The notes beneath the pieces were generated by a model. The model saw only the letters and a list, made by a program, of their open reading frames with translations, ran no database searches and had not been told where the DNA came from. Below, in pieces: positions 37,459 through 47,084 of a stretch of DNA of 64,000 nucleotides (the stretch's first letter is position 1; each line of letters begins with the position of its first letter). Source of the DNA: Nitrososphaerota archaeon (lineage in GTDB: Archaea > Thermoproteota > Nitrososphaeria_A > Caldarchaeales > Calditenuaceae). The translations under genes and the position numbers were made by a program. The stretch is from contig JAVQSZ010000006.1 of the NCBI GenBank assembly GCA_033581555.1, forward strand, positions 1 through 64,000, read 5' to 3'.

Positions 37459-38115
37459 ATGCACTCCTGCTGGTTCGGCTCGGGTTCCACGGGCCGGGCG
37501 AAGACGGGGGCCTTCAACCTGACGCTCGGGTCGTCTGAGGTCGTGATCGACTCGATCGAGGCGGTCGAGGTCCCGGTCAGCGAGGTAAGGGAGGCGGTGA
37601 GGAGGTACGGCGTGGGGAAGGTCACCGAGGTGAAGAGGCGCGGCGAGGTGAACTTCGTCCTCCAGTGGATCCGGAACAGGTCCCTGATCAGGTACATCGT
37701 GAACTGGGGAAAGCTCTCCTCGATATTCCCGGTGCACCTCACGACCGCCTGCTGCTCCGTCGAGTACGCGGGTACGGTCGGGTCCAGGTACGACCCCGAG
37801 AGGTTCGGGATACTCAACGCGGTCGGGTCGCTCAGGCAGTCAGACCTGATGCTGGTCGAGGGGACTGTCACCACGAAGATGGCCCAGAGGGTCAGGGTGA
37901 TCTACGACCAGATGCCGGACCCGAAGTGGGTGGTCGCGATGGGGGCCTGCTCGATCTCCGGGGGCCTCTACGCGAAGGACTCCTACAACGTCCTCCAGGG
38001 GATCGACGACATAGTCCCAGTCGACGTCTACGTCCCCGGCTGCCCGCCCCGCCCCGAGACCCTCATTCAGGGCTTCGTCCTCCTCAGGGACAAGATACTG
38101 AACGAGCGCCTCTAG
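37459..38115 (+). CDS. nuoB: NADH-quinone oxidoreductase subunit B (start uncertain, 37459 or 37543)
   Basis: TACCSVE, RQSD, QMPDPKWV.AMGAC, PGCPPRPE; TATA TTTTATA at 37428. Confidence 0.93.
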   Translation: MHSCWFGSGSTGRAKTGAFNLTLGSSEVVIDSIEAVEVPVSEVREAVRRYGVGKVTEVKRRGEVNFVLQWIRNRSLIRYIVNWGKLSSIFPVHLTTACCSVEYAGTVGSRYDPERFGILNAVGSLRQSDLMLVEGTVTTKMAQRVRVIYDQMPDPKWVVAMGACSISGGLYAKDSYNVLQGIDDIVPVDVYVPGCPPRPETLIQGFVLLRDKILNERL

Positions 38116-38604
38116 GTGGACGCGTTGTCAAAGGTCGCCAGGATGGTGGAGGAGCTGAGGGCCGCGTTCGGGGACAAGGTGAGGTCGGTCTCGGTGGACA
38201 GGAAGATGGTCAAGGTCGAGGTCGACCCTTCAGTGGTCGTGGAGGCGGCTGCGTTCGTCAAGGAGAGGGGCTTCGACCACGTCAAGGGCGTGACCGGCGT
38301 GGACCTCGTTGCCCTGACGAAGCCCGAGAACGCGATAGAGGTGATGTACCACGCGGGCTCCTACACCGATGAGGAGCTAGCGGGGACCGTCCTCACGATC
38401 TCGGTCAAGCTGCCGAGGGACAGGCCCGAGATGCCCTCGCTGACCGGCGTCTGGAGGAGCGCAGAGTACCACGAGCGGGAGACATTTGAGATGCTGGGCG
38501 TGGTCTTCAAGGGCCACCAGGACCTAAGGAGACTCCTGCTGCCCGAGTGGTGGTCCGACCTGCCGCCGCTCAGGAAGGACTACAAGCCCCCGGGAAGGGA
38601 GTGA
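38116..38604 (+). CDS. nuoC: NADH-quinone oxidoreductase subunit C
   Basis: TGVD, ERETFEMLG..F.GH, PPLRKD. Confidence 0.92.
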   Translation: MDALSKVARMVEELRAAFGDKVRSVSVDRKMVKVEVDPSVVVEAAAFVKERGFDHVKGVTGVDLVALTKPENAIEVMYHAGSYTDEELAGTVLTISVKLPRDRPEMPSLTGVWRSAEYHERETFEMLGVVFKGHQDLRRLLLPEWWSDLPPLRKDYKPPGRE

Positions 38605-38608
38605 GCTC

Positions 38609-39952
38609 TCAGGCCTTCTCGACCATCGCCCACCTCGCGCCCCTGCCCGGGTGCCTCGTCTTCTCCCAGAAGACGTCTTTGAACAGCTCCTGGTAGAGGG
38701 CCCTCAGGGCCGCGATCGGCATCATCACGTTCGTGTAGAAGACGAAGTGCGGGACCCTCTTCAAGAAGCTCACCGGTATCCGCTCGAGCTCCTTTCCCAC
38801 GTACCACACGCCGTAGTAGAGAACGTTGAAGAAGAGCGGCAATATCGCGATCACGGGGAAGGTCCCGGACATGTAGTCCGTCCCGATGACGTCGAAGAAC
38901 TCGAGGAGGTAGAGGGCGGTCATGCCGTACGCTACCCAATTGAAGACGACGATCAGCGGTGCTACCAGCATCATCAGTATCGATAGGACGTTGACCAGAG
39001 ACCTCGGGTGCTTGATCCCCATCCAAGTGATCGCGGGACCATGAGCGAAGAGCGACTGGAGCCATCCCCTGAACCACCTGGTCCTCTGCCTCAGCCAAGA
39101 GTTGAAGTCCACCGGCGCCTCCTCCCAGTGCCTCGCGTCAATCACGACGGTCCTGTAGCCGTGGAGGTGCAGCCTCAGCGCGAGCTCAGCGTCCTCTGCC
39201 AGGTTGAGCGGGTCCCACCTGGCCACCGTCATCAACGTCGTCCTCTCGATGTAGTTGCCCGTCCCTCCCAGGGGCGCGTAGAGCCTCAGCTTGCTCCGTC
39301 CGTTTAGGAGTACCCTGAACCACCCGGCGTACTCACAGGCGAAGAGCTCCGATATCCAGGAGTCCTTCACGTTGCTCACTCTCAATATGGCCTGGATCAC
39401 ACTGTGGCCGTCGTTGACCACGGCCGCGTTCACCTTCTCGAGGATGTCGTTGTCCAGGAGGTCCTCCACGTCGACGACCCCCACCACGTCGCCGGTTGTC
39501 AGGGCGAGGGCGTCGTTGAGGGCGCTGGGCTTCGTCGGGAAGAGCCTCCTCCTAGCTAGGGGCTTCACGTAGCCCGGGTAGAGCTGCTGGAGGTGGAAGA
39601 CGATCCTCTCCGTCCCCTCGTCGTCGACTACCGGTATTATCTCCTTCAGGTGCTTAGGGTACCACACCTCGTGGACGATGTGGTTCACGGTCCTCTCTAT
39701 GAGCGGCTCGTTCCTCGCTGGAACGATCAGCGAGAACTTCAGCTTCCTCAGAGCAGGTCTGGAGGGAGAGTAGGGAGGTTTGCGGCCCGCGATGAAATAG
39801 GTCGTGTGGAAAGCCCCCCAGAGCGTGTAGATTCCGACGATCGACCAGGCGACGAGAGTCAGGGTCTCCTTGGTCCATAGGTAAAGTGAGACGGATAGAG
39901 CGAGAACCAGGAGGACGAGTATCCCTATCCTCTTGGCCCTCCTACCCCTCAC
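38609..39952 (-). CDS. Processive GT2 polysaccharide synthase
   Basis: PARNE, TKPSALN, DVED, GGTGN, WDPLNLAED, EEAP..QRTRW, WEKT.H; about 5 TM helices. Confidence 0.9.
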   Translation of the reverse strand: MRGRRAKRIGILVLLVLALSVSLYLWTKETLTLVAWSIVGIYTLWGAFHTTYFIAGRKPPYSPSRPALRKLKFSLIVPARNEPLIERTVNHIVHEVWYPKHLKEIIPVVDDEGTERIVFHLQQLYPGYVKPLARRRLFPTKPSALNDALALTTGDVVGVVDVEDLLDNDILEKVNAAVVNDGHSVIQAILRVSNVKDSWISELFACEYAGWFRVLLNGRSKLRLYAPLGGTGNYIERTTLMTVARWDPLNLAEDAELALRLHLHGYRTVVIDARHWEEAPVDFNSWLRQRTRWFRGWLQSLFAHGPAITWMGIKHPRSLVNVLSILMMLVAPLIVVFNWVAYGMTALYLLEFFDVIGTDYMSGTFPVIAILPLFFNVLYYGVWYVGKELERIPVSFLKRVPHFVFYTNVMMPIAALRALYQELFKDVFWEKTRHPGRGARWAMVEKA

Positions 39953-40952
39953 GGATCTCCCTCTCCAGCTTAGGGAGGACCTCCAGGGCCGCGGCGGAGG
40001 GATCGGAGCTCTTGTACGTCATCGCTTTCAGGACGCGGGGGCTGAAGAACCCTTCGAGCCCCTCGAGCTGGCCGCCGGACCTGCTGGAGATGGAGTTCCT
40101 CAGCGACCTCTCGACCGACTCCGGCATGAGGACCAGGAACTTCACGCCGAGGTCTAGGGCCGTCACCATAATGTCCGTCAGCTGCTCGAAGGCCGTGGCC
40201 ACCTCGTCGACGACCGTGACCGCGAACCTGCCGCTGGCGCTCTCGACGTAGAGCGGAATCAGGTGCTCCCTGGAGCTGAGCTGGCCCCTCTTGTTCACGA
40301 ACTGCTCGATCGTCGCTTTCGGCAGGCGACTCTCCAGCTCCCGGGCGACTATCGCGAGGACCTCGTATCTGCTGACGGGCGCGGAGGGGGAATAGACGAA
40401 GACGGGGACTCTGATTAGGGCCAGCTCGTCGAGCCTCATAACGTGCTCGTTCCTGCAGGTGATCCTGTAGAGGGGGAACTGGAACTTGTGGTTGCAGGTG
40501 TTGCACGAGTACCCGATCCCGGGCCTCCCGTAGTCTATCCCGACGGTCTTGAGGGTCTTGGAGCAGACTGGGCAGACCAGCTCCCCCGAACCGGTCCTGA
40601 ACCTCGAGATGTCGTCCGAGTAGTGGCACTCGTAGTGGATGACTAGGTCGACCTTCTCGATGTCTGGACTGAGGCAGTTGGGACAGTGGATGTTGATCGC
40701 CAGGTCGAGGTTCCCGCATACGGGGCAGGAGGGGAAGGCCACGTGCCGCTCGACCTTCAGGACCCCAATCTCCGCCAGGAGGTACATCTTGCCCTCGGGG
40801 AGCTTGAGACCTCCCACGTCGTAGAAGACCCCGCTCCCGAGCGACCTCTCCGGCCGGAGCTCCTGGCCGGGCTTGAGGTTGACCTCTAGCACCTTTGCCA
40901 GCTCCGCGACCTCTAGCTTCTGCTTCGCCTGCGGCTTAGAGCTCGTCGTCAA
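39942..40952 (-). CDS. TackOD1-type multi-zinc-finger protein with C-terminal restriction-endonuclease-like domain
   Basis: CPVC..CPNC..HYEC..CPVC..GIDY..CNTC..F..P..CRNEH. Confidence 0.8.
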   Translation of the reverse strand: MTTSSKPQAKQKLEVAELAKVLEVNLKPGQELRPERSLGSGVFYDVGGLKLPEGKMYLLAEIGVLKVERHVAFPSCPVCGNLDLAINIHCPNCLSPDIEKVDLVIHYECHYSDDISRFRTGSGELVCPVCSKTLKTVGIDYGRPGIGYSCNTCNHKFQFPLYRITCRNEHVMRLDELALIRVPVFVYSPSAPVSRYEVLAIVARELESRLPKATIEQFVNKRGQLSSREHLIPLYVESASGRFAVTVVDEVATAFEQLTDIMVTALDLGVKFLVLMPESVERSLRNSISSRSGGQLEGLEGFFSPRVLKAMTYKSSDPSAAALEVLPKLEREIREG

Positions 40953-41017
40953 GATTTCCGCATTAATACCCCCGTGTCGTATATTACCATTCTCAGTAAA
41001 CTGAAGGGACGTAGCCG

Positions 41018-41950
41018 CTACGCGGTGCCGCCCAGGAGCGATAGAAGCCCGACGTAGAGGAACGGCAGGACCAAGGTGGCGTCGGCCTTAACGAAGGCGC
41101 TCTTGGACTTAGGCCCGACCTTGCCCCAGGTGACCGCCTCCTTCGGCCTGGCGCCGCTGAGGCTCCCGTCGTACTCGTCGGAGCTGGTGACGTAGACCGC
41201 GTAGTCGAAGCCCTCCCCTCCGAACTGGGCCCACCAGAGCGCGTGGTGCTTCGAGATCCCACCTCCGATGATCAGGGCGCCCTTCAGCCTGTTCGACCAC
41301 ATCAGGTCGTTGAGGAGGTCCTGGTCCCCGGCTACGTCGACGGTCAACCTCTTCGCCTTCCCCCTGAGCCAGAGGTTGTACCCGACCGCACCGTCGTAGA
41401 TCCCGGGTACGACCACAGGTATTCTGTTCCTCCAGGCCCAGTATAGGAAGGAGGACTCGGACCCCAGCCGCTCCCCGAGGGCCCAGCAGAGCTCATGGGT
41501 GGAGATCGACCTGCTCCCATCGAGCCCCCTCAGGAGCTCCGCGACCTCTCTCTCGATCACCTCGCCGTAGCTCCTCACTGGTATGAAGACGTTCCCAAGC
41601 CTGTGGAACCCCTCCTCCCTGAGCCTGAGGTCGTCCGCGTCGAAGGTCCCGTGAAGGTACTCGGACCTCGTCCTGGCGACGTCGTGGTCGAGTGCGCCGC
41701 ACGTCGTGACGACTAGGTCGAAGAGCCTCCTCCTCAACGCGTCTGCTACTATCCCCCTGAGGCCCGTCGCGATCAGGTTACCCGTGAACGTGAGGACCCT
41801 CAGGCAGCCCTGAGCCCTGACCATCTCCGCGAGGACCTCCAGCGCCCTGGCGAGGTTGGGGCCCATGAACCCGCCCATCTCCGACATTCCCCTCACGACC
41901 TCTAGGACCGTGGAGCTTCCATTCAACCTCAGGTCCCTGACGGCCGACAT
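41018..41950 (-). CDS. dys: Deoxyhypusine synthase
   Basis: TGLRG, RLGN, GGGISKHH, DGSLSGA..EAVTWGK, DAT. Confidence 0.95.
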   Translation of the reverse strand: MSAVRDLRLNGSSTVLEVVRGMSEMGGFMGPNLARALEVLAEMVRAQGCLRVLTFTGNLIATGLRGIVADALRRRLFDLVVTTCGALDHDVARTRSEYLHGTFDADDLRLREEGFHRLGNVFIPVRSYGEVIEREVAELLRGLDGSRSISTHELCWALGERLGSESSFLYWAWRNRIPVVVPGIYDGAVGYNLWLRGKAKRLTVDVAGDQDLLNDLMWSNRLKGALIIGGGISKHHALWWAQFGGEGFDYAVYVTSSDEYDGSLSGARPKEAVTWGKVGPKSKSAFVKADATLVLPFLYVGLLSLLGGTA

Positions 41951-41983
41951 CGAGCTCCGTGGCTAACGGGCGCTTTTAGCGGT

Positions 41984-42259
41984 TCAGAGCTCGATCCCAA
42001 AGGCCCTCGAGATCCTCTCGAACTTCTTGAACTCCGAGAGGAACTCCGACCCCTTCTCGGTCACCGAGTAGAGCGGCCCTCCGAGGTCCCGCCTCGCCAG
42101 GAGGCCCTTGCTGCAGAGCTCGTCGACGTACCGCTGGAGCCTGTCGTAAGGCAGGTTCGCGTCCCTCATGATCGTCGTGATCCTGGCCTCGCCCTGCTCC
42201 AGGACTGAGGCGATGATGTCAGCGTAGATCCTCACCTTGGACCTGTAGTGTCTCCTCAA
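41984..42259 (-). CDS. Small winged-helix regulator (HTH_45/ArnR1-like)
   Basis: RSKVRIYADI..ITTIMRDANLPY..YSVTEKG; TTG start with GGAGG SD overlapping the upstream stop. Confidence 0.88.
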   Translation of the reverse strand: MRRHYRSKVRIYADIIASVLEQGEARITTIMRDANLPYDRLQRYVDELCSKGLLARRDLGGPLYSVTEKGSEFLSEFKKFERISRAFGIEL

Positions 42260-42879
42260 CCCCTCCCAGCCTCCAGAGTCCCCAGCGCGATCAGCGCGAG
42301 CGCGGAGAGCTGGAGGCCGTGTCCGAGCAGGTAGTACGCGATGCCCAGTGGTGTGAGGAAGAAGGCGACGTGGCTCAGCATCAGCGCCCAGAAGCCCGCA
42401 GCTATGAGGGAGGACCCAGCGCTCCGCCTGACGTACCAGTTGACCGTAGTCACCACAACGACGTAGACCAAGAGCCCAGCGGAGATCACCTCGAAGGTCG
42501 CGTTGTAGACGACGGTGATGGGCGGGACAGCCCCGAGCTCCACCCTTGCGCGGACGAGCGGGATCACGTATGCGACGATGAACAGGACGTATGCGGTCAC
42601 CCTTACGGCTGAGTAGAAGAGCTCGATTTGGTGGAGCTGGAGGAGCTGGTGGAACGGCCTCCCGAACCCCCTCTCCGAGGTGATCGCCAAGATGATAAAG
42701 AGCGACCGGGCCAGCATCGCGCCCGCCATCAGCCCGAACCCCGCTCCGAGCCACAGGAAGACGTCCGCCCTAAGCCTCAAGTGGGCCCTAATGAAGCCCG
42801 CGCTGATCGCGGCGCAGATGAAGAAGCTGATGAGCTCCAGTATCGCGTCGAGTCTGATCAGAGCGAGCGCTCCAAGCAA
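42256..42879 (-). CDS. 6-7 TM membrane protein with internal 3-TM duplication (putative sensor)
   Basis: Repeated E(L/V)IS..AGF units; intramembrane His residues (SHV, GHG). Confidence 0.75.
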   Translation of the reverse strand: MLGALALIRLDAILELISFFICAAISAGFIRAHLRLRADVFLWLGAGFGLMAGAMLARSLFIILAITSERGFGRPFHQLLQLHQIELFYSAVRVTAYVLFIVAYVIPLVRARVELGAVPPITVVYNATFEVISAGLLVYVVVVTTVNWYVRRSAGSSLIAAGFWALMLSHVAFFLTPLGIAYYLLGHGLQLSALALIALGTLEAGRG

Positions 42880-42936
42880 GCCGTTATCGATTGAGGAAAC
42901 GCAAAATATAAAATGGTTCGGTTTATCCGGGAGAAG

Positions 42937-43464
42937 TCAAGCACTTGGGGTAGCGGATTGCGTCTGAGAGGGAGCCCTAGGGACGACAGCACCCCTCCCA
43001 GGAGCCTCAGCCCTCAGGCCCGTAGTCTGGTCGTAGATGCTGACCAGCACGGTCTTGGTCCTCGTGGTCCCGTCGGGGAGGGTGACGGTGGTCCGCAGGG
43101 CCGTGACCTCGACGACGTCGTCCTTCCGGAGCCTCCCGTCGAAGACCAGCTTGACGACGCTCACGGGTCTACCGTCGACCAGAAGGGCCATCGGGTACCT
43201 GACCTGGACGTCCCCAGAGGCCGTGCTGATCGTCATCACACCGAAGTCGAGGTCCGCGAGCCTTCCGGTGATCACGACCTGTTCCTGCGTGACCGTCGCG
43301 TTCCTCCACGCCCCGCCTCCCCTCCCGTGTCCCCTCCCGTGGTGGACGAAGACCGGCTCCGAGTACCCGACCATCGCGGGGATCAGCAGACCCGCCACCA
43401 GCAGCGTCGCCAGCACGCCGATCGCGACCCCTGCCACGAGCAGTCTCCTGCTCATCACCGACAC
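42937..43464 (-). CDS. Exported/membrane-anchored protein with His/Gly-rich segment and probable OB-fold domain
   Basis: N-terminal TM, HHGRGHGRGGG, VVITGRL..DVVEVT beta pattern. Confidence 0.7.
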   Translation of the reverse strand: MSVMSRRLLVAGVAIGVLATLLVAGLLIPAMVGYSEPVFVHHGRGHGRGGGAWRNATVTQEQVVITGRLADLDFGVMTISTASGDVQVRYPMALLVDGRPVSVVKLVFDGRLRKDDVVEVTALRTTVTLPDGTTRTKTVLVSIYDQTTGLRAEAPGRGAVVPRAPSQTQSATPSA

Positions 43465-43512
43465 GACGCCGGACTGGTTATATAGCGCTGATGTACGATG
43501 CGTCTACGAGCC

Positions 43513-44673
43513 TCAGGCGTACTCCTTCCTCAGCTCCTCCGCGGCCCTCACCATCGATTTCAGCTTCCTGTACGCGACAGGAGCCCTGTTCACGGGCGAC
43601 TCGGCGAACGTCCCGAAGCCGCAGTCGGGGTTGAGGTAGACCCTCTCGGGGTCGAAGTAGTTCAGGGCCTCCCGGACTCTGGACTTGATGAACTCGGTGG
43701 GCTCGACGTCGTCGGTCCTCGGGTTGATCACCCCGAGCCCCAGCTCCCTGATCCCTGAGGCGTCAGCGAAGACCCTCACCTCCCCGGCCCTCGAGGTGGC
43801 GAACTCCAGCACGAACTGGTCGACCTTCATCTCCTGGAAATACGGGATGAGCGGCGAGTAGTCCCCAGAGAGGAGCGAGTCCTCTGACCTCGTCCAGTTT
43901 CCCCTGCAGACGTGGACGCCGACCTTCACGCCGGTCACGCCCTTCACGGTCCTGTTGATCAGCTCGGTCGCGAACTCCAGCTCCTCCCTCGGGTCGACCT
44001 TGCTCATGATCGCGGCGCACATGAACGTCTGCTGGGAGGCCTCCCCGTAGACGACCTCCATCAGCGTGGGCTCGTCGAGTTGGACGAAGTGCGCTCCCGC
44101 CTCCGCGAGCCTGATCATCTCCTCCCTGAGGAGCCTCACGTACTCGGTCGCGAGGTCCTCCCTCGACCAGTAGGCGTTCCTGCTTAGCGGCTCGACCCAG
44201 CTGGCCCTCGTCAGCATATAGGGCCCTGGGAGCGGGACCTTGATCCTCCTGCGGGTGTGCTCCCTGAGGAACTCGAGCTCGTCGAGCGCCAGGGGCCTCC
44301 TCTTCCTGATGGGCCCCACTACGACCGGGCTCTTGATCGAGAAGGCCGGGACGTCGAGCCTGCTCAGGACCTCCTCGAACCTCCTCTTGTCCTGGACGTA
44401 GTCCATCAGCTCCGCGACCGACATGAGCCTGACGCCCTCCAACTTGTCGGCCACGAAGGAGTAGAAGTTGTCACGCCGCTGCTCCCCGTCGGTCACCACG
44501 TCTATCCCTGCGTCCTCTTGGTACTTCACGGCCAGGAGCACCGCCTCGTCTGCGGCCTCGCTGAACTGCTCGTAAGTCATCTCGCCCCTGTTCTTCCTCC
44601 TCAGCTCCGAGAGGAGCCAGTTGGGCCTCGGCCAGCTCCCCACGACGGTGGTCACGAAGGTCTCTCTCGGCAT
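43513..44673 (-). CDS. Cobalamin-independent methionine synthase II family protein
   Basis: VVGSWPRP, TDGEQRR, QLDEP, HVCRGN, LE, NPDCG zinc ligands. Confidence 0.9.
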   Translation of the reverse strand: MPRETFVTTVVGSWPRPNWLLSELRRKNRGEMTYEQFSEAADEAVLLAVKYQEDAGIDVVTDGEQRRDNFYSFVADKLEGVRLMSVAELMDYVQDKRRFEEVLSRLDVPAFSIKSPVVVGPIRKRRPLALDELEFLREHTRRRIKVPLPGPYMLTRASWVEPLSRNAYWSREDLATEYVRLLREEMIRLAEAGAHFVQLDEPTLMEVVYGEASQQTFMCAAIMSKVDPREELEFATELINRTVKGVTGVKVGVHVCRGNWTRSEDSLLSGDYSPLIPYFQEMKVDQFVLEFATSRAGEVRVFADASGIRELGLGVINPRTDDVEPTEFIKSRVREALNYFDPERVYLNPDCGFGTFAESPVNRAPVAYRKLKSMVRAAEELRKEYA

Positions 44674-44728
44674 CGGCGAGAGAGGTCCGCGAGACGCCTA
44701 AAGCCTTTGCGCGGAGTCGGGACCCCCG

Positions 44729-45481
44729 TCAGAGGAAGGCCTTCACCCGCAGGTCGTTCGGGTCGAGGGCCCTGATCAGCTCCTTCTCCTCCCTGGAGGG
44801 AGGTCTGGTGACGCGGTCGTCCTGGAAGAGGAGCTCGAAGCCGGTGTTCGAGGCTACGAGTTCTCTGTCGGCCCAGGGGTGACGGGCCTCCAGCTCCCAG
44901 ATCGACCTCTCCCTGTTGTATTTGAGCACGCAGAGGTTGGTGAAGAGGTAGACCTCGTTGGTGGAGTGCCTCGCGGTCGCGGTGACGAAGTCGACCCTCT
45001 TGACGAGGTCCCTCGTGGTGTGCCTAGTCCTCCAGAAGTAGACCCTCTTGACTAACGGGACGATGAACGCCGAGGCTGCGCCTCCCGGGAGCCTGACCTT
45101 CGGACGCCGATAGCTCCCTATCACCGAGAGGTTGATGTTGGTCTCCGCGTCGATCTGGACCGGCCCGAGGAACATCACGTCGATCAACCCCTTCTGGACG
45201 AGGTCGAAGGTCTCGACCATGGGGATGACCGTCGCGTCCTCCGCGAGCGCGGGATCACCAGTCGAGGGCCTGAGCTTGACCCTCTCGAGGTCCGGGTCGT
45301 AGGCCTCCGCGACCGTGTAGAGGCTAACCCTCTTCCCGTGGACGACCTTCGCGACCGCGATCGCTAGAAGCGGGACGTGGGAGTTGAGCCCGGTGACGAC
45401 CCTGAACCCGTCTGCCAGCCGATCGGCGATGGTCACGATCAAGTGGTCGGCGACTTCCCTAGGGTCCTGCTGAACGGACAC
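44729..45481 (-). CDS. Acyl-CoA transferase beta subunit (GctB/PcaJ-like)
   Basis: FLGPVQID..NINLSVIG..RLPGG, VDFVT, NTGF. Confidence 0.85.
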   Translation of the reverse strand: MSVQQDPREVADHLIVTIADRLADGFRVVTGLNSHVPLLAIAVAKVVHGKRVSLYTVAEAYDPDLERVKLRPSTGDPALAEDATVIPMVETFDLVQKGLIDVMFLGPVQIDAETNINLSVIGSYRRPKVRLPGGAASAFIVPLVKRVYFWRTRHTTRDLVKRVDFVTATARHSTNEVYLFTNLCVLKYNRERSIWELEARHPWADRELVASNTGFELLFQDDRVTRPPSREEKELIRALDPNDLRVKAFL

Positions 45482-45532
45482 GCTTCAGGGAGCGATCGCA
45501 CCCAGATTAATCTACTCCGCGACGGCCGCTGA

Positions 45533-46315
45533 TCAGCACCCCCAGCCCGGCTTGACGGTTCCCCCGGGCAGCTCGGCGACCTTCTGGGCCTCGAGGAGGT
45601 CCAGGCCCATCGACCTGAGCGCGTTGACCCTCCTCAGGTGGAACTCCTCTTGGACGGAGCTGAGCCTGCCCGACCCGAGCTCGACGGAGTCCTCTGACGT
45701 CCCCCCTCCCAGCAGGACCGAAGCGGCCCTGTCCGCGTCCCCGTCGACCAGGAACCACCGCTCGAGGAGAGGCCTCAGGCCCTGAAGCGCGCCGAAGAGG
45801 CCGGACGTAGCCGACCCGACCAGCGACTTGCCGACCGACCCGACGAGCGCCTCGAACGACTCGGACTCCTCCTTCGCGACCCTCCTGAGGGCCTCTGACT
45901 TCACCCCCGACTCGATCAGGACCTCGGAGCACATGAGGGACGCGAGCTTCGCGAAGGCTAGCAGGACGACCGAAGCCGCTCCGCCCTCGACCTGCCAGGG
46001 GCCTCCGAATCCTCCGACCTGAGCCTTAAGGCCCTCCGGGCCGACGAATCGGACGAGCTCCACCGCGTGCCTGGCGTCGAGCTCCGCGAGCTCCCTCTGC
46101 CCCAGGACCATCGCGAGGACGACCTCGTGGGACTCGACTAGCGCCTGACGAGCGATCAGGTACAACGCCGGTTCCCTCAGATCGTCGGGGACGACCAGGT
46201 CCGGCGATGAAGGTCCGACTAGGACTCCGGGGACCTCGAGCTCCTCGAGCGAATGGGCTGTCTGACCTCGGACGACGAGGCCACACCGCGAGAGCAGCTC
46301 GGCCAGAGCCGCCAC
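45533..46315 (-). CDS. Hypothetical protein
   Basis: Fills the gap with host-like codons; no recognised motif. Confidence 0.55.
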   Translation of the reverse strand: MAALAELLSRCGLVVRGQTAHSLEELEVPGVLVGPSSPDLVVPDDLREPALYLIARQALVESHEVVLAMVLGQRELAELDARHAVELVRFVGPEGLKAQVGGFGGPWQVEGGAASVVLLAFAKLASLMCSEVLIESGVKSEALRRVAKEESESFEALVGSVGKSLVGSATSGLFGALQGLRPLLERWFLVDGDADRAASVLLGGGTSEDSVELGSGRLSSVQEEFHLRRVNALRSMGLDLLEAQKVAELPGGTVKPGWGC

Positions 46316-46361
46316 GGACGTTCAACGCCTGGAACCTATTTGTGCGTATCCCGGGGCCGCG

Positions 46362-47003
46362 TCAGGACCTCTGGACCCTGAGGTACCTCGACTCGATGGC
46401 CCTGCTCTGGGCTAAGACCGTCGGCGTGGGCGCCAGCCTCACCGCGCTCTTTAAGAGCTCGGAGACCTTGGACCTCAGCTCTTCAGCCCTCTCCCGCTCG
46501 CCGAGACCCTCGTAGACCTGGATCCTCGAGGCGTGGACAGCGGCCTCGAGCAGGGCCGCGTGACCCCTCGAGTAAGGCCTCAGCAGGGACCCCAGGACCG
46601 AGACGCGGACCGGCCTGGAGCGGACGTGGAACCAGTCCCTGTCCTCGGAGACCTCCGCGACGGAGCACTCGATCACTGCCGCTGCGCCCCGGAGCCTCGG
46701 AGCGTCGACCGACTCAGCGGCCTCGAACTCCATCCCCAAGACGCCCAGGTCCAGTGCGGCCTCCACGACGACCTCCGGGTGGACGAGGTTCAGGGCGAAG
46801 CACCCTCTCGCGAGGACGTTTGCGGCGGTCCTGCTGGACCTCGCGAGCTTCGAGGCCGCCTGGAGCCCTCCAGAGTCCCTGAGGAACTTGCAGCCCATCG
46901 CGGACGCGTGCGGCGTGCCGTCGGGGGAGAAGGTCGTGCAGACGAACTCGTAGACGACGCCCTCCTCGATCCCGAGGGCCGCTAGCAGGTCCTCCGTCCC
47001 CAC
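46362..47003 (-). CDS. DUF447 / flavin-reductase-like split-barrel protein
   Basis: YEFVCTT..PHASAMG, SRTAAN, SRGHAALLEAAVHASR. Confidence 0.8.
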   Translation of the reverse strand: MGTEDLLAALGIEEGVVYEFVCTTFSPDGTPHASAMGCKFLRDSGGLQAASKLARSSRTAANVLARGCFALNLVHPEVVVEAALDLGVLGMEFEAAESVDAPRLRGAAAVIECSVAEVSEDRDWFHVRSRPVRVSVLGSLLRPYSRGHAALLEAAVHASRIQVYEGLGERERAEELRSKVSELLKSAVRLAPTPTVLAQSRAIESRYLRVQRS

Positions 47004-47084
47004 GCGCTGAAGCTCCGGGCCCCGTCTATCTAGGGTTGCCGAGATCCCGAGGGTTGATATTCGCCGCGGAGCGACCGGGTGCGG

